The notes under the pieces were generated by a model. The model saw only the letters and a list, made by a program, of their open reading frames with translations. It was not told the DNA's origin and did not search any database. From the NCBI GenBank assembly GCA_963791955.1, contig CAWBUO010000005.1:72467-136466 (forward strand): a stretch of DNA of 64,000 nt, written 5' to 3'. Each line of letters begins with the position of its first letter. Position 1 is the first letter of the stretch. Below, piece by piece: positions 37,499 to 47,706 of this stretch. The DNA is from an uncultured Alphaproteobacteria bacterium (GTDB lineage: Bacteria > Pseudomonadota > Alphaproteobacteria > Rhizobiales > Xanthobacteraceae). Made by a program: the position numbers and the translations under genes.

Positions 37499-37791
37499 TT
37501 CATCTACACGACTACTCGCCGTAAAAGCTCCGGCAGCTAATTGGGATCGCTCGTTTGGTTGGTCGTCCTCACCTTCGTGCAACAGGGGACAATGCATTTT
37601 GCAAATCAGGGCTTTCAGTAATGGAACTAAGAACAACTCTCGAGTAAAGTGTTTTACGTTCCTACCTTCTCGCCCATGATGCGCCGGGCCGCACGAACCG
37701 AGCGGAACGACGGTTTCAGGTGTGCACTTTTTCCTTAACGCAGCTTCGCAAGCTCGTCGAGCTACCACGGGCATTTGCACCGGATGCTCTT

Positions 37792-37816
37792 GGAACAATA
37801 CCTCGATGAGGCCGTT
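37792..37816 (+). promoter_or_regulatory. EcfG-type (general stress response sigma factor) promoter upstream of csbD
   Basis: GGAAC (37792-37796), a 16-nt spacer, then CGTT (37813-37816). This exactly matches the alphaproteobacterial GGAAC-N16/17-CGTT consensus, 41 nt upstream of the csbD ATG. Confidence 0.6.
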
Positions 37817-37856
37817 ACCAAAGACACCCCAACAAATAAATATGGAAGATATGGCA

Positions 37857-38030
37857 ATGGACAAAGATCGAGTTAAAGGCTCGGCCGAGCAGGCCAACGG
37901 AGCAGTGAAAGAAGCTGCCGGGAAGCTCTTTGGCGACAAGAAGCTGGAAACTGAGGGCAAGACCGACAAGGCCGCCGGCAAATTGCAAAACGCAATCGGC
38001 GGATTGAAAGATGCGGTGCGTGGCAAGTGA
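37857..38030 (+). CDS. csbD: CsbD family stress protein
   Basis: MDKDRVKGSAEQANGAVKEAAGKLFGDKKLETEGKTDKAAGKLQNAIGGLKDAVRGK. The upstream part of the tracked ORF is not protein-like. Confidence 0.85.
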   Translation: MDKDRVKGSAEQANGAVKEAAGKLFGDKKLETEGKTDKAAGKLQNAIGGLKDAVRGK

Positions 38031-38058
38031 GGCCCGGCACCATCAAAGGAGATTTCCC

Positions 38059-38145
38059 GTGGAATTGATCCTGATCGTCGTCGTGTTAGTGCTGCTGTTT
38101 GGAGGCGGAGGCGGCTACTGGGGTCGCAGGCGAGGTATTTGGTGA
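38059..38145 (+). CDS. Unlisted 28-aa small membrane protein
   Basis: AAGGAG (38046-38051) lies 7 nt before GTG 38059. VELILIVVVLVLLFGGGGGYWGRRRGIW* is one TM helix followed by a Gly-rich basic tail. It lies 28 nt after csbD and is below the ORF-track length cut-off. Confidence 0.5.
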   Translation: MELILIVVVLVLLFGGGGGYWGRRRGIW

Positions 38146-38499
38146 TGCACGTCAGGTCGGAGCTGTGCGCTCTTTACCGGATGGGTGCATTCTAGTTTTG
38201 CTGTAACGGGTTGTTGCGCGCGCCGCAAAGCACAACAGCCACTGCTGACTCAGTACAGCGCAAGACGAGGAGACAATCGTCTCGTTTTCTTGGCGGCGGA
38301 TCGATCAAGTTTCTGCATCCATTCGGATAAGTGAGTTGGGCGGCAGCGCAAAGTAACTATGTGAACATAACGGCCAACCGCGATCGTGTCTAAAGAACTC
38401 TCGTTGGCCGCTATCCTAGAGGCATCCGACAGCACATAGGGCGTCTGGTCGGGAAGTACCACAATCGGAACGCCCTAAATCCAAAGGACGAGTGACATC

Positions 38500-38943
38500 A
38501 TGGCTACGACCACCCGTACTGCAACTTCGAAGCCCACCAGGTCCCCAATGACCGACGCTCCGGAGGCTTTGCGTGCAATTACTGAAACCGGCACCGCGCA
38601 AGCCAAAGAGGTCTATGGCAAGGTAAGCGCCGTAACGGCGAAAGCGACCGACCTCATCAGAACAAGCTGTTCGACCGCTGTAGAGGGCGCCCAAGCCTAC
38701 AACGACAAGCTCCTTGCATTTGCTCAAGCCAATTCCAAAGTGGCCTTCGACTTTGCCCACAAGCTTCTAGGCGTGACGTCGCCTTCCGAGTTCATGCAGC
38801 TGTCAAGCGAACATGCACGCAAGCAATTCGAGATTCTGACTGACCAGACCAAAGAACTGGCGGCGCTCGCTCAGCAGGTCACCCTCGTGACCACGGAGCC
38901 GCTCAAAACAGGCGTCACCAAGGCCTTTACTCGCGCCGCCTGA
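38500..38943 (+). CDS. Phasin family protein
   Basis: ...AQAYNDKLLAFAQANSKVAFDFAHKLLGVTSPSEFMQLSSEHARKQFEILTDQTKELAALAQ is a Phasin_2-type helical pattern. Confidence 0.8.
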   Translation: MATTTRTATSKPTRSPMTDAPEALRAITETGTAQAKEVYGKVSAVTAKATDLIRTSCSTAVEGAQAYNDKLLAFAQANSKVAFDFAHKLLGVTSPSEFMQLSSEHARKQFEILTDQTKELAALAQQVTLVTTEPLKTGVTKAFTRAA

Positions 38944-39539
38944 AGTTGTTGCCAATGATTTGTCGGGGAAGTGTTGCATGAAGGCGATGGGCTAGACGCC
39001 CTTTGGCGAGGCAAACCTTTGCAGCTATGGGTTACTGACAATCCTGCCGGCGCTGGCGCAACGCTCGTTACTGTGCGCGTAACGGGGACCGACGTCTATT
39101 CTGTTCCATCAGGGATCGGGAGGTCTCGTATGCAGGCATCTGAGGGCTGAAGGATCTTTTCCACGCGCACTTCTCGCGATTGTGGCGGGGTTGGTCGCGT
39201 CGATTTGCAGACGCCGATAGTGCTTCGGTTGGCTTCGTGGATAGTCGGAAACGTGGGCGACGGCTACAAGCGTTGATTGCGTACCCCAGCGCTTCGACGA
39301 TACCCGGATTTATAGGCGGTATGAATTTTTGGTCGGTTGTAGTCCGCCCAATTCGCGAAAAATCGGCTTAATGGTGACGTTATTGCATTCCTTGGGACGA
39401 CAGCCCACTCCACTAATTTGCTCAGCCGACACAATCTTCGGGTTATGATTGTCTTTGGCCCCATGCATGGTTGAGACTACCAAGTCATAGGCCGACAGGT
39501 GGTTCGGACCAGATACAAGAAAGAACGGCGAGGCAACAG

Positions 39540-40931
39540 ATGGCAACAACGGTAATTCGTGCTTCTGCAATCTGGACAGGGGGGGCACACCCTAAAACAA
39601 TTTACGACCACGATCTGGTGATCGAGAACGGCGTGGTAGCCGGAGTGGTGCAAGATCACAAAGGTTCATACGACCATGAAGTGGACGCTTCAGGCTGCGT
39701 TGTAGTTCCAGGTCTGATCAATTGCCATACCCATGCTGGCTGTACACCCCACGCACGCGGGATTTCCGAAGATCTCACCATACATGAGGAAGGGGCATTT
39801 TATCACAGTCTAATTCCCTTGCTGGGGCTCGGATACACCGAACTCACTCACGAGGAATTCGCTGCGATCATGGAGTGGGACACACTCGCGATGTTAATGG
39901 GCGGCGCCACTACGGTTGTAGAAGAAAACTTTGGCGGTGCCGATATCTGGATGAATCTGGTCGAGAGGCTTGGCTTTCGATCGAACCTCGGTTTGACCTA
40001 TCCAGGCAACGTGGGTTCCATTGGCTACGTGAAGGAAGGAAGGATCGTCATCGACGAGCCGGGGAACGTCGAAGCCGGTTTAAAAGCTGGTCTTAAGCTT
40101 CACGACGAGCACCATGGCAAATTTGGCGACCGCTTGCGCATTCACCTGTCGCCACATGCGCCGGATACCGTTCCGGAAGACCTGTTGCGCGAGACCAAGA
40201 AACAGATCCAGCAACGCGGCATCACGGCCCATTTGCACCTTGCGCAACATCTGTCCGAAAATCGCACCATCGCTGAACGCCATGGCAATAAAACCTCAGT
40301 TGAGTATCTGGAGGACATTGGCTTTCTCGGCCCAGATATCCTTGCGACACACGTGTCTTACGTCACTGAGAGTGACATGGATATTATCGCACGTACGAAG
40401 ACCAATGTGATCCACGCATCATACCGCAAGGCGAAAGAAGGCCTGAATAGCCCATACTGGCAGTTCGTTGAGCGGGGCGCCAACGTAGCGCTAGCCACCG
40501 ACTCATTTTCTCATGATCTCATCGAAGATCTTCGTCTGGGGGCGCTTCTTGGAAAGATCAGTCAATCCAAAGTTGGTACGCCGAATGCCCAGCATCTTCT
40601 GACGAGTGCTACCCACGGCGCCGCGAAAGCCTTGGGCCGACCGGATCTTGGCAATCTGAACCCCGGTTCGCGAGGTGATGCGATTGCAATCGATATTTCC
40701 AATCCTTTCAATGCGCCGGTGTTCGATCCATTGCGCGCTCTCGTCTACTACTCAAACGGCCACGACGTCCGCCATTCGGTTGTCGACGGAACGCCGATCA
40801 TGATTGACCGCAAGATCCTTAACTCCGATGTTGCTGAAGTTGGAAAGGCGGCAGGAGTGGCCGCGCGACGCATTTGGCAAATGGGTGCCGAAAAGGGTGC
40901 GCTTCCTGAAGGTGTCCACTATCACCGCTAA
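39540..40931 (+). CDS. Amidohydrolase superfamily, ATZ/TRZ / aminohydrolase-chlorohydrolase type (copy 1)
   Basis: VVPGLINCHTHAG (HxH), HLHLAQH, ATHVSY and ALATDS metal-ligand regions. ATG 39540 gives the N-terminus MATTVIRASAIWTGG. Confidence 0.8.
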   Translation: MATTVIRASAIWTGGAHPKTIYDHDLVIENGVVAGVVQDHKGSYDHEVDASGCVVVPGLINCHTHAGCTPHARGISEDLTIHEEGAFYHSLIPLLGLGYTELTHEEFAAIMEWDTLAMLMGGATTVVEENFGGADIWMNLVERLGFRSNLGLTYPGNVGSIGYVKEGRIVIDEPGNVEAGLKAGLKLHDEHHGKFGDRLRIHLSPHAPDTVPEDLLRETKKQIQQRGITAHLHLAQHLSENRTIAERHGNKTSVEYLEDIGFLGPDILATHVSYVTESDMDIIARTKTNVIHASYRKAKEGLNSPYWQFVERGANVALATDSFSHDLIEDLRLGALLGKISQSKVGTPNAQHLLTSATHGAAKALGRPDLGNLNPGSRGDAIAIDISNPFNAPVFDPLRALVYYSNGHDVRHSVVDGTPIMIDRKILNSDVAEVGKAAGVAARRIWQMGAEKGALPEGVHYHR

Positions 40932-40977
40932 CAGAATGTTCTTCCAGTGTTGTTCTTCCGGCGCATTGGGGCCTTGA

Positions 40978-41955
40978 ATGCAAGGTGGAGTTGACCACAG
41001 TAGATTCGGCCTCGGACAGTTCGTTGAGCGATATGCTCTTATCGGCGTTTGGTTGATATTGATTGCAGTTTTCTCTTTTTTGCTGCCGGATACTTTTTTT
41101 ACCGGCCGCAATTTCAGGATAATCTTTGGATCTCAGACGATCCTACTGGTACTGACGCTAGGCTTGGTGATCGCTCTGGCTGTCTCTGAATACGATTTAT
41201 CGGTCGGAGCTGTTTTGTCGTTTGCCTTTCAAACGACAGTCATCCTCAACGTTGTGGTCGGCTTGCCGGTTGGTTGGGCGGTCCTGATCGTTGTGCTAGC
41301 GGCGGTTCTGGTCGGCGCCTTGAATGCGCTGATAATTGTCTTTTTTGGTGTACACTCCATCATCGCGACGTTGGCGAGTGCGACCTTGCTGACCGGTATT
41401 GTTCAGCTTATTAGCGACAATAAGATCATTACCGGCGTCTCGGGAAACCTATTGGCTGTAACCAACACCCGTCTACTCGGTCTGCCGCTTCTCTCGTATT
41501 ACGGCTTGGGTTTCTGTTTTTTCATCTGGTACGTCCTGCAGCATACCCCCGTTGGTCGTTATCTTTATTTTGTCGGTCAGGGAACGGAAGTGGCCAGGCT
41601 GGCGGGCGTGAATGTGAAAGCAGTGCGCGCCGGTGCCCTTATCGCCGCCGCCGTCGTGGCAGCGGTTGCCGGCATCCTGCTTGCCGGTGTCCGGGGCTCT
41701 TCAACGCCGGAGAATGGTGCAGCATGGTTGTTGCCAGCCTATGCCGCTGCTTTTCTGGGGGCTACCGCCATCGTGCCCGGCCGTTTTAATGCATGGGGTG
41801 CGTTCGTGGCTGTCTATTTTCTAGTGACGGGCTTCACCGGACTGCAACTGGCGGGATTATCAAGCTGGGTTCAGGATGTTTTTTACGGCGGTTCGCTTCT
41901 CATCGCCGTTACGTTGGCGCGCCTACCGAGGAGGCGTCGCCAACAATCCTCATGA
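40978..41955 (+). CDS. Sugar-type ABC transporter permease (RbsC/AraH family)
   Basis: Multi-pass hydrophobic protein with the BPD_transp_2 pattern ...GTEVARLAGVNVKAVR... Confidence 0.85.
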   Translation: MQGGVDHSRFGLGQFVERYALIGVWLILIAVFSFLLPDTFFTGRNFRIIFGSQTILLVLTLGLVIALAVSEYDLSVGAVLSFAFQTTVILNVVVGLPVGWAVLIVVLAAVLVGALNALIIVFFGVHSIIATLASATLLTGIVQLISDNKIITGVSGNLLAVTNTRLLGLPLLSYYGLGFCFFIWYVLQHTPVGRYLYFVGQGTEVARLAGVNVKAVRAGALIAAAVVAAVAGILLAGVRGSSTPENGAAWLLPAYAAAFLGATAIVPGRFNAWGAFVAVYFLVTGFTGLQLAGLSSWVQDVFYGGSLLIAVTLARLPRRRRQQSS

Positions 41956-41978
41956 GAGCAATAAGGGGAGTGTAAGAA

Positions 41979-43058
41979 ATGCTTGTTCGTAGTTCTTTCG
42001 GCGTTGCCGCGGCCGTGCTCTGCGGCACAATGATCGTGGCCGCACAGCCCGCGTCCGCGGATGTCTCGGAGGCTAAAAAGATTGTAGCGGAGGCGATGAA
42101 ACCCCCAGCGAGTTTCGTCGCACCCGGGCCGGCCTTCGATGCAAACAAAGTAGCCGGAAAGACCCTTTGGTACATTAGCTTTTCTGAACAGTCGCCAGTG
42201 ATGGCGACGTGGTCTGGCACGATGCAGCGCCTCGTCCTGAGTTACGGCGCCAAGGTCAATATCGTTGACGGCAAGAGCAATTTCTCCGAGTTTGGGCGCC
42301 TGATTGAGCAGGCGGTCGCAAATCGTGCGGACGCCATCGTCCTGATGGGAATTCCACCGCAAGCATTCGGCGTTCAGGTGCAGCAAGCTAAAGACGCCAA
42401 AATTCCGGTGATTGTTGGCTCAAATGGTGTAGCTGCGATTCCCGATATGAACGGTGTTGTCGCAGCAGTGACCATCGACCACGTTCAGGTTGGTAAGCTG
42501 CTTGGTGCTTGGGTCGTCGCCGATACCAATGGCAAGGGCCAAACTGCTGTCGTGACCCATGATGAGGTCATGGGGACAAAGACGATTGTTGATTCGATTA
42601 GCGGGGAGGTCGCGAGACTTTGTGGGTCTTCGTGCAGTGTGAAAGCCGAAAATCTGCCGTTTGCCAAAATCCAGACCGAGGGAGAAGTTACACAGTCTCT
42701 CGCTGCGAGGAATCCCGATCTTAAGTACATCATACCTGTCTATGACTTCGAGACGCTCACAATGGCACCGGCCCTACAGGCCGCCGGCGCTGCAGACCGC
42801 GTTTCATTGGCGTCTTTCAACGCCATTCCGGCGGTCATGCAGAAGGTTAAGAAGGGTGAGGTTGCGGCGGATGTCGGTGCGCCAAATGGCTGGTTCGGGT
42901 TTGCCATGGCGGACCAGGTGATGCGTGTGATGAGCGGCGCATCGCCCGTTCCAGACATTAAAGTGCCGCTGGGGCTTTTCACGCGGGAAAACATAGAAAG
43001 CATCGACCTTGGCGCAGGCGAAGAGTCTCTGGTACGGCAAAGTCGACTTCCCGGCTGA
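41979..43058 (+). CDS. Sugar-type ABC transporter substrate-binding protein (RbsB/Peripla_BP_4-like)
   Basis: Signal MLVRSSFGVAAAVLCGTMIVAAQPASA; ...ADAIVLMGIPPQAF...KIPVIVGSNG. Confidence 0.85.
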   Translation: MLVRSSFGVAAAVLCGTMIVAAQPASADVSEAKKIVAEAMKPPASFVAPGPAFDANKVAGKTLWYISFSEQSPVMATWSGTMQRLVLSYGAKVNIVDGKSNFSEFGRLIEQAVANRADAIVLMGIPPQAFGVQVQQAKDAKIPVIVGSNGVAAIPDMNGVVAAVTIDHVQVGKLLGAWVVADTNGKGQTAVVTHDEVMGTKTIVDSISGEVARLCGSSCSVKAENLPFAKIQTEGEVTQSLAARNPDLKYIIPVYDFETLTMAPALQAAGAADRVSLASFNAIPAVMQKVKKGEVAADVGAPNGWFGFAMADQVMRVMSGASPVPDIKVPLGLFTRENIESIDLGAGEESLVRQSRLPG

Positions 43059-43098
43059 GTATCGCAAACTTTGGGGCTCTCCTAAATCCTGAACAGAC

Positions 43099-44652
43099 GT
43101 GACCAATGATGTGACCAAGGCGGCGCTGTCGTTGCGCCGCCTCTCAAAATCGTTTGGCGGCGAACGAGCGCTGAAAGACACCGATTTCGCCGTCGGCATC
43201 GGCGAAATTCATGGCTTGGTCGGCCGGAATGGTTCGGGGAAATCAACGCTGATAAAAATTCTTTCGGGGTTCCACACTCCCGATCCCGGCGCCGAATGTC
43301 GGATTGACGGGCACGTAGTTACCCTTCCCCTGGATCCCGCCAGCGCACGCGCTTTGGGTCTAGTCTTCGTGCATCAGGATCTGGCTCTCGCGCCGGGGTG
43401 CACCGTTCTTGAGAACATGCGGATAGGGCGGTATTCGGCGCGCGGGCTTGGTAGAATTAACTGGCAGCGCGAACGCGAACGCGTTTCGCAAAGACTGCAA
43501 ACTGTCGGCCTTGATATCCATCCTGAAACTCCGGTCGAGCAACTGCGTCCGGTGGAGAGGGCGCAAGTTGCCATCGCGCGGGCGCTCGATGAGGTGGCAC
43601 ACCGTGAGCGGGGCATCCTCGTTCTCGATGAGCCCACGACGTTTTTGCCGCGAGACGATGTCGAAACCCTTTTCGACGCGGTTCGCCGGGTCGTGTCGCG
43701 CGGCTTCAGTGCAATCTTCGTCAGCCATCGGGTGGAAGAGATCAAGCAGTTGACTGACAGCGTAAGCGTCCTGCGTGACGGAGAGCGCGTCGCGACGCGA
43801 CGGACATCCGACATCTCTGAAAACGAATTGATCGAACTGATTCTTGGGCAGCCGCTTAGCGAGTTGTATCCGGCACGCTTGACCGTCGGGACCAACCAGG
43901 TGTTCTCCGTTGATAATTTGACTGGCGGCGGCATCCACAATCTTTCGTTGTCGATGCGTCAAGGCGAGATTGCCGGAGTTACCGGCATTGCGGGAATGGG
44001 ACACGACAGCCTTCCCTACCTGTTATTCGGGGCCGAACCAGCCTCAGGAGGGGAGTTGCAACAAGCTAACATGGCCCCGGAGGATCTGAGGTTTATGACG
44101 CCCAAAAAAGCCATTGCGCGCGGCATCGGTATGGTTCCGTCGGATCGGTTGCGCCGGGGCGGCATTCCTGCCTTCACCGTGCGTGAAAATGTCTCCCTGC
44201 CAGACATCTGGAGGTACTTCGCGACCGGTGTTCTACGCCAATCTCGCGAACGGCTGGATATCAATCGTTTGCTTCGCACTTTTTTGGTTCGACCGCCTGA
44301 AACGGAAATCCCTCTGGGCACACTGAGCGGCGGTAATCAACAAAAGGCACTTCTGGCAAAATGGCTTCAAATGAAACCGAAAGTGCTTCTGCTGCACGAT
44401 CCAACCCAAGGGATTGATGTCGGAGCCAAGAAAGAGATCTTTGTTCAGATCGAGAACGCCGCCGCCCGAGGGGCGGCTGTGCTGATAAGCAGCACCGAGT
44501 ACGAGGATCTTGCTCACCTCTGTCACCGCGTTCTGGTCTTCCGCGATGGCCAGGTATCAGCCGAACTACAGGGCACAACCCTTTCGGAAGAGTCGATCGC
44601 GGAAGCTTGTTACCGGCAGAGCTATGCAGCTCCGATTGGGTGCCGATCATAA
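43099..44652 (+). CDS. Sugar-type ABC transporter ATP-binding protein with two ABC domains (RbsA/MglA-like)
   Basis: GRNGSGKST, ILVLDEPT and a second-domain LSGGNQQK...LLLHDPTQGID; 517 aa. Confidence 0.9.
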   Translation: MTNDVTKAALSLRRLSKSFGGERALKDTDFAVGIGEIHGLVGRNGSGKSTLIKILSGFHTPDPGAECRIDGHVVTLPLDPASARALGLVFVHQDLALAPGCTVLENMRIGRYSARGLGRINWQRERERVSQRLQTVGLDIHPETPVEQLRPVERAQVAIARALDEVAHRERGILVLDEPTTFLPRDDVETLFDAVRRVVSRGFSAIFVSHRVEEIKQLTDSVSVLRDGERVATRRTSDISENELIELILGQPLSELYPARLTVGTNQVFSVDNLTGGGIHNLSLSMRQGEIAGVTGIAGMGHDSLPYLLFGAEPASGGELQQANMAPEDLRFMTPKKAIARGIGMVPSDRLRRGGIPAFTVRENVSLPDIWRYFATGVLRQSRERLDINRLLRTFLVRPPETEIPLGTLSGGNQQKALLAKWLQMKPKVLLLHDPTQGIDVGAKKEIFVQIENAAARGAAVLISSTEYEDLAHLCHRVLVFRDGQVSAELQGTTLSEESIAEACYRQSYAAPIGCRS

Positions 44653-46022
44653 AGGGGATTGGCTTCCTCGTACGCACGTGCGGCCCGCAGGACGAGGTCG
44701 TCGCGGTACATGGCGCCGACAATTTGAAGCCCGATTGGTCGTCCGTCGGCGGTGAAGCCGCAGGGAACACTAACGGCCGGCTGAAGCGTGAGGTTGAACG
44801 GATAAGAAAACGGAGTCCAGGCCGCAAAGTCGTCTTCTTCGACCTCGGGTGGCGCACGTCGGTTGGCCGGAAACGCCGGAACCGCGGTTGTGGGGAGCAA
44901 TAGAAGATCCCAACGCTCGTGAAAGAGTTGCATGGTTTGGCCCAAGGTAACACGCTTGTTCTGCGCGGTAAGGTAATCCATTAGCGATATGGAGCGCCCT
45001 TTGCGAACAAAATCGCCAAGCCCGGGATCGAGTAGTGCGAGTTTGTCGTCGGGCAAACCGCCAAGCGCATTCGCGACACCGACAAACCAGTGGGTGTTGA
45101 AAATTGGTGTCGTGTCGCCGATCCCAGGATCGGCAAGTTCAACATGGGCACCGAGAGTTTCAAAGATTTTAGCGGCCACATCAACCGCGTGTGCTACCTC
45201 CAGATTCAGCTTGGCAAATCCAAGATCTGGACAGTACGCGATCCTGAGTCCATTGACTGGTTCCTCGATTGCCGTGTGATAGTTGAAAGTGTTTGCGGGC
45301 AATGAAAGCCAATCGCGGGGATCGGGTTTGGTTATGACATTCATCATCAAAGCAAGATCGCTGACCCGCCGTGCTAAAGGCCCGGTAGTAGCGAGCGTTC
45401 CGATCGGGTTGGGTGGATAGGCCGGTACCCTGCCGAAAGTCGGCTTCAATCCGCAGAGGTTGGTGAAAGAAGCGGGATTGCGGATCGAACCACCGCCATC
45501 GGTGCAAAGCGCCAGTGTTCCCATGCCGGAAGCCAAGGCTGCAGCGGCGCCTCCGCTCGATCCGCCGGGTGTCAGTTCCGGGTTCCAGGGATTGCGCGTA
45601 ATGCCGGCAAGCGGACTGTCAGTCGCTCCCTTCCAGCCGAATTCGGCGGTGTTTGTCTTTCCGATGAGGACTGCGCCGGCCTCCCGCAGCCGTGCAACGC
45701 CCGGCGAATCCTCATTCCACGGTTGGTTGGGGTTGATAAGGCGGGAACCGCGTAAAGTTGGCCAACCCTTGGTTAGGAGCAAATCCTTGATTGACGTGGG
45801 CACCCCGTCGATCGGGCTTAGTGGCTTGCCGGCCCGCCACCGTTGTTCTGAGGCACGGGCATCCTCCCGAGCTGCATCGGCATCGACAAGACGGAAGGCA
45901 TTGAGCACTGCGTCATGTGCTTCGATCGCTCGCAGCGCCCCTTCGGTAGCTTCGACCGGCGAGAAAGTGCCAACGGCAAATCCCTGCGTGAGTTCAGCAA
46001 CAGATAGAAATTCGATGTTCAC
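44622..46022 (-). CDS. Amidase (amidase-signature family)
   Basis: GGSSGGAAAALASGMGTLALCTDGGGSIRNPASF. Confidence 0.9.
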   Translation of the reverse strand: MNIEFLSVAELTQGFAVGTFSPVEATEGALRAIEAHDAVLNAFRLVDADAAREDARASEQRWRAGKPLSPIDGVPTSIKDLLLTKGWPTLRGSRLINPNQPWNEDSPGVARLREAGAVLIGKTNTAEFGWKGATDSPLAGITRNPWNPELTPGGSSGGAAAALASGMGTLALCTDGGGSIRNPASFTNLCGLKPTFGRVPAYPPNPIGTLATTGPLARRVSDLALMMNVITKPDPRDWLSLPANTFNYHTAIEEPVNGLRIAYCPDLGFAKLNLEVAHAVDVAAKIFETLGAHVELADPGIGDTTPIFNTHWFVGVANALGGLPDDKLALLDPGLGDFVRKGRSISLMDYLTAQNKRVTLGQTMQLFHERWDLLLLPTTAVPAFPANRRAPPEVEEDDFAAWTPFSYPFNLTLQPAVSVPCGFTADGRPIGLQIVGAMYRDDLVLRAARAYEEANPLYDRHPIGAA

Positions 46023-46490
46023 AACTTTATCCTTGCGCCTGCTCTCTGCTGTTGCGCACAGTCTGCTGGTGTTTCAACTTGGTAAGAAGTTGATCTTACT
46101 AAGCGAATACTAGTCCTGTCCGCCCGCGGGTCGGACGTGCGAGACTGCCGCGGCCGGTATTGACTGATCTTTTGTATATCTGCCTTTGTCGTAGCGGCTA
46201 CGATCTGCCGGATGAGTAGTTAAGAGTCTTCAAAAGGTTTTGGACCGAAGACATCGTTTCGGACCACGGCCGGACGTGACAGTGAGCTAATTCGGGCGGA
46301 GCGAACTGTAAACTGCGTTCGTACGTCGTGATTGACTGTGTTGCGGCTGCTCCGAACATTGACCCCTTTCGGCGTCCAACCGTGACAACAGTCGGAGTCA
46401 CATCTCCGACGACGGTTCAGATGCTCGAGGACGTGAGGAGGTCAAACTTGTGCGCCGATTGGGGGGCAAACGGCGCGCCGATTTACACCA

Positions 46491-47570
46491 TCAGCGCGGC
46501 TCGCGGGCAACGATCATTTTTGGATCAACAAGCTTGCCCTTTTCAATCACGACCTGATTGTCGAGCGTGACTGAACAATCACGGAGCGGCACATCGTAAT
46601 GTCCGCGCGTCGATCGCTTGCCGCCACCTTGCGTGTTCGGTCCGGTCGAGAATAAAAAATTCCCCGGAAAGACGCGCGCTGCAGCCCGATTCCGCTCTGG
46701 GTCATCGCCGTTGAGAGCCATCCCGTACCACCGGGCCTGAGGATTTATTCCCCACCCCAAGTGGGAGATGGCGTAAGGGTCCTGATCGCCGTCGCTGTTT
46801 TTTCCGTCTTCGAGCCAATCGCGCATGAGCTTGGCGTCGAGGCCGCCATCGATATTGACGATATGGCCCTCACGCACTTCAAGCGTCACGCGGTCGGTCA
46901 CATAACGGCAGTAGGGGAGAATGATGATATCCCCGGGAGCAAACACGACCCTGCCATTGGCGCTGCCTTCATTAGGGAAGGTGTGGATGTGGCCGGCGCC
47001 CCAGTGATCGAAATGCCCCTTTTCGTCCGCAAAACCCCATTGGGTCATCACTGGATATTCGCCACACTCATAGCTGAGGTCGGTGCCGGCTTCGCTTGTC
47101 ACTCGAACTTTTCGCGTTCGCCCATAAATACCCTCGGCATACTTCATCGCGTCCTTAAGTCCTTTTGGCGATAGAAGCTGGTCGAGATCATCCGGAGCGT
47201 CGATGATCATAAGTACGCGTGTGCCGCCATCCATCACTTCCTTGAGCCATTTGGTGAACAGCGGTACGTGGAAAATGACAATCAGGTCTGCTTCCTTTAC
47301 GGCTGCAAGCGTGCCTTTGCACTGGCCGATCGTAGGAACTCCGACCTTAGTCCATCCAGGAATGGAGTTTACGCACATTTCATAGATGTCGGCTCCAAGC
47401 TCGTCGGCCGCACCGAACGCGGACTGAATGTACTCCCGCCGCGTGCCGAGGTCGCTCACGATTGCGATAGTCTCGCCGCGTTGCACCTTCGACATTTCGA
47501 ATTGCTTCCGATAGAGCGAGGTAAGGCGTCCCGGATTGAGCTCCTGAACCCGTATCGATGAGTGCTGCAT
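46491..47570 (-). CDS. nicX: NicX-like 2,5-dihydroxypyridine 5,6-dioxygenase (M29 aminopeptidase-fold), paralog 1
   Basis: PYAISHLGWGI and GNFLFSTGPNTQGGGKRSTRGHYDVPLRDC. As I recall it, P. putida NicX has GISHIGWGL and GNFLFSTGPNTEVGGKRKTPCHLDIPLRNC. Confidence 0.75.
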   Translation of the reverse strand: MQHSSIRVQELNPGRLTSLYRKQFEMSKVQRGETIAIVSDLGTRREYIQSAFGAADELGADIYEMCVNSIPGWTKVGVPTIGQCKGTLAAVKEADLIVIFHVPLFTKWLKEVMDGGTRVLMIIDAPDDLDQLLSPKGLKDAMKYAEGIYGRTRKVRVTSEAGTDLSYECGEYPVMTQWGFADEKGHFDHWGAGHIHTFPNEGSANGRVVFAPGDIIILPYCRYVTDRVTLEVREGHIVNIDGGLDAKLMRDWLEDGKNSDGDQDPYAISHLGWGINPQARWYGMALNGDDPERNRAAARVFPGNFLFSTGPNTQGGGKRSTRGHYDVPLRDCSVTLDNQVVIEKGKLVDPKMIVAREPR

Positions 47571-47706
47571 GACCCTAGGCTCTCAGCGGTTTGAGTGATA
47601 TGCCAATAATGAATAAGGCTCGGGTTTGAAAGTCAAGAGTTCTCGTTGCGACCAAAACTTGAGCGGCGCCGGTCTTGTGCGACCGCCATAATTGACAGGT
47701 TTCGTC

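Noticed and set aside
37623-37660. Second GGAAC...CGTT pair further upstream of csbD
   Set aside because: The spacer is 29 nt, incompatible with the 16-17 nt EcfG spacing. The properly spaced site at 37792-37816 is preferred.
37409-38026. 205-aa minus-strand ORF
   Set aside because: It is antisense to csbD and reads straight through the 28-bp palindrome and the YR tract. It has no motifs.
47671-47697. Possible third copy of the operator-like motif between nicX1 and the hydrolase gene
   Set aside because: Only 13 of the first 20 positions match (minus strand GTCAATTATGGCGGTCGCAC), and the right half is unrelated. This is too weak to call without a statistical scan, so it is mentioned only inside the operator finding.
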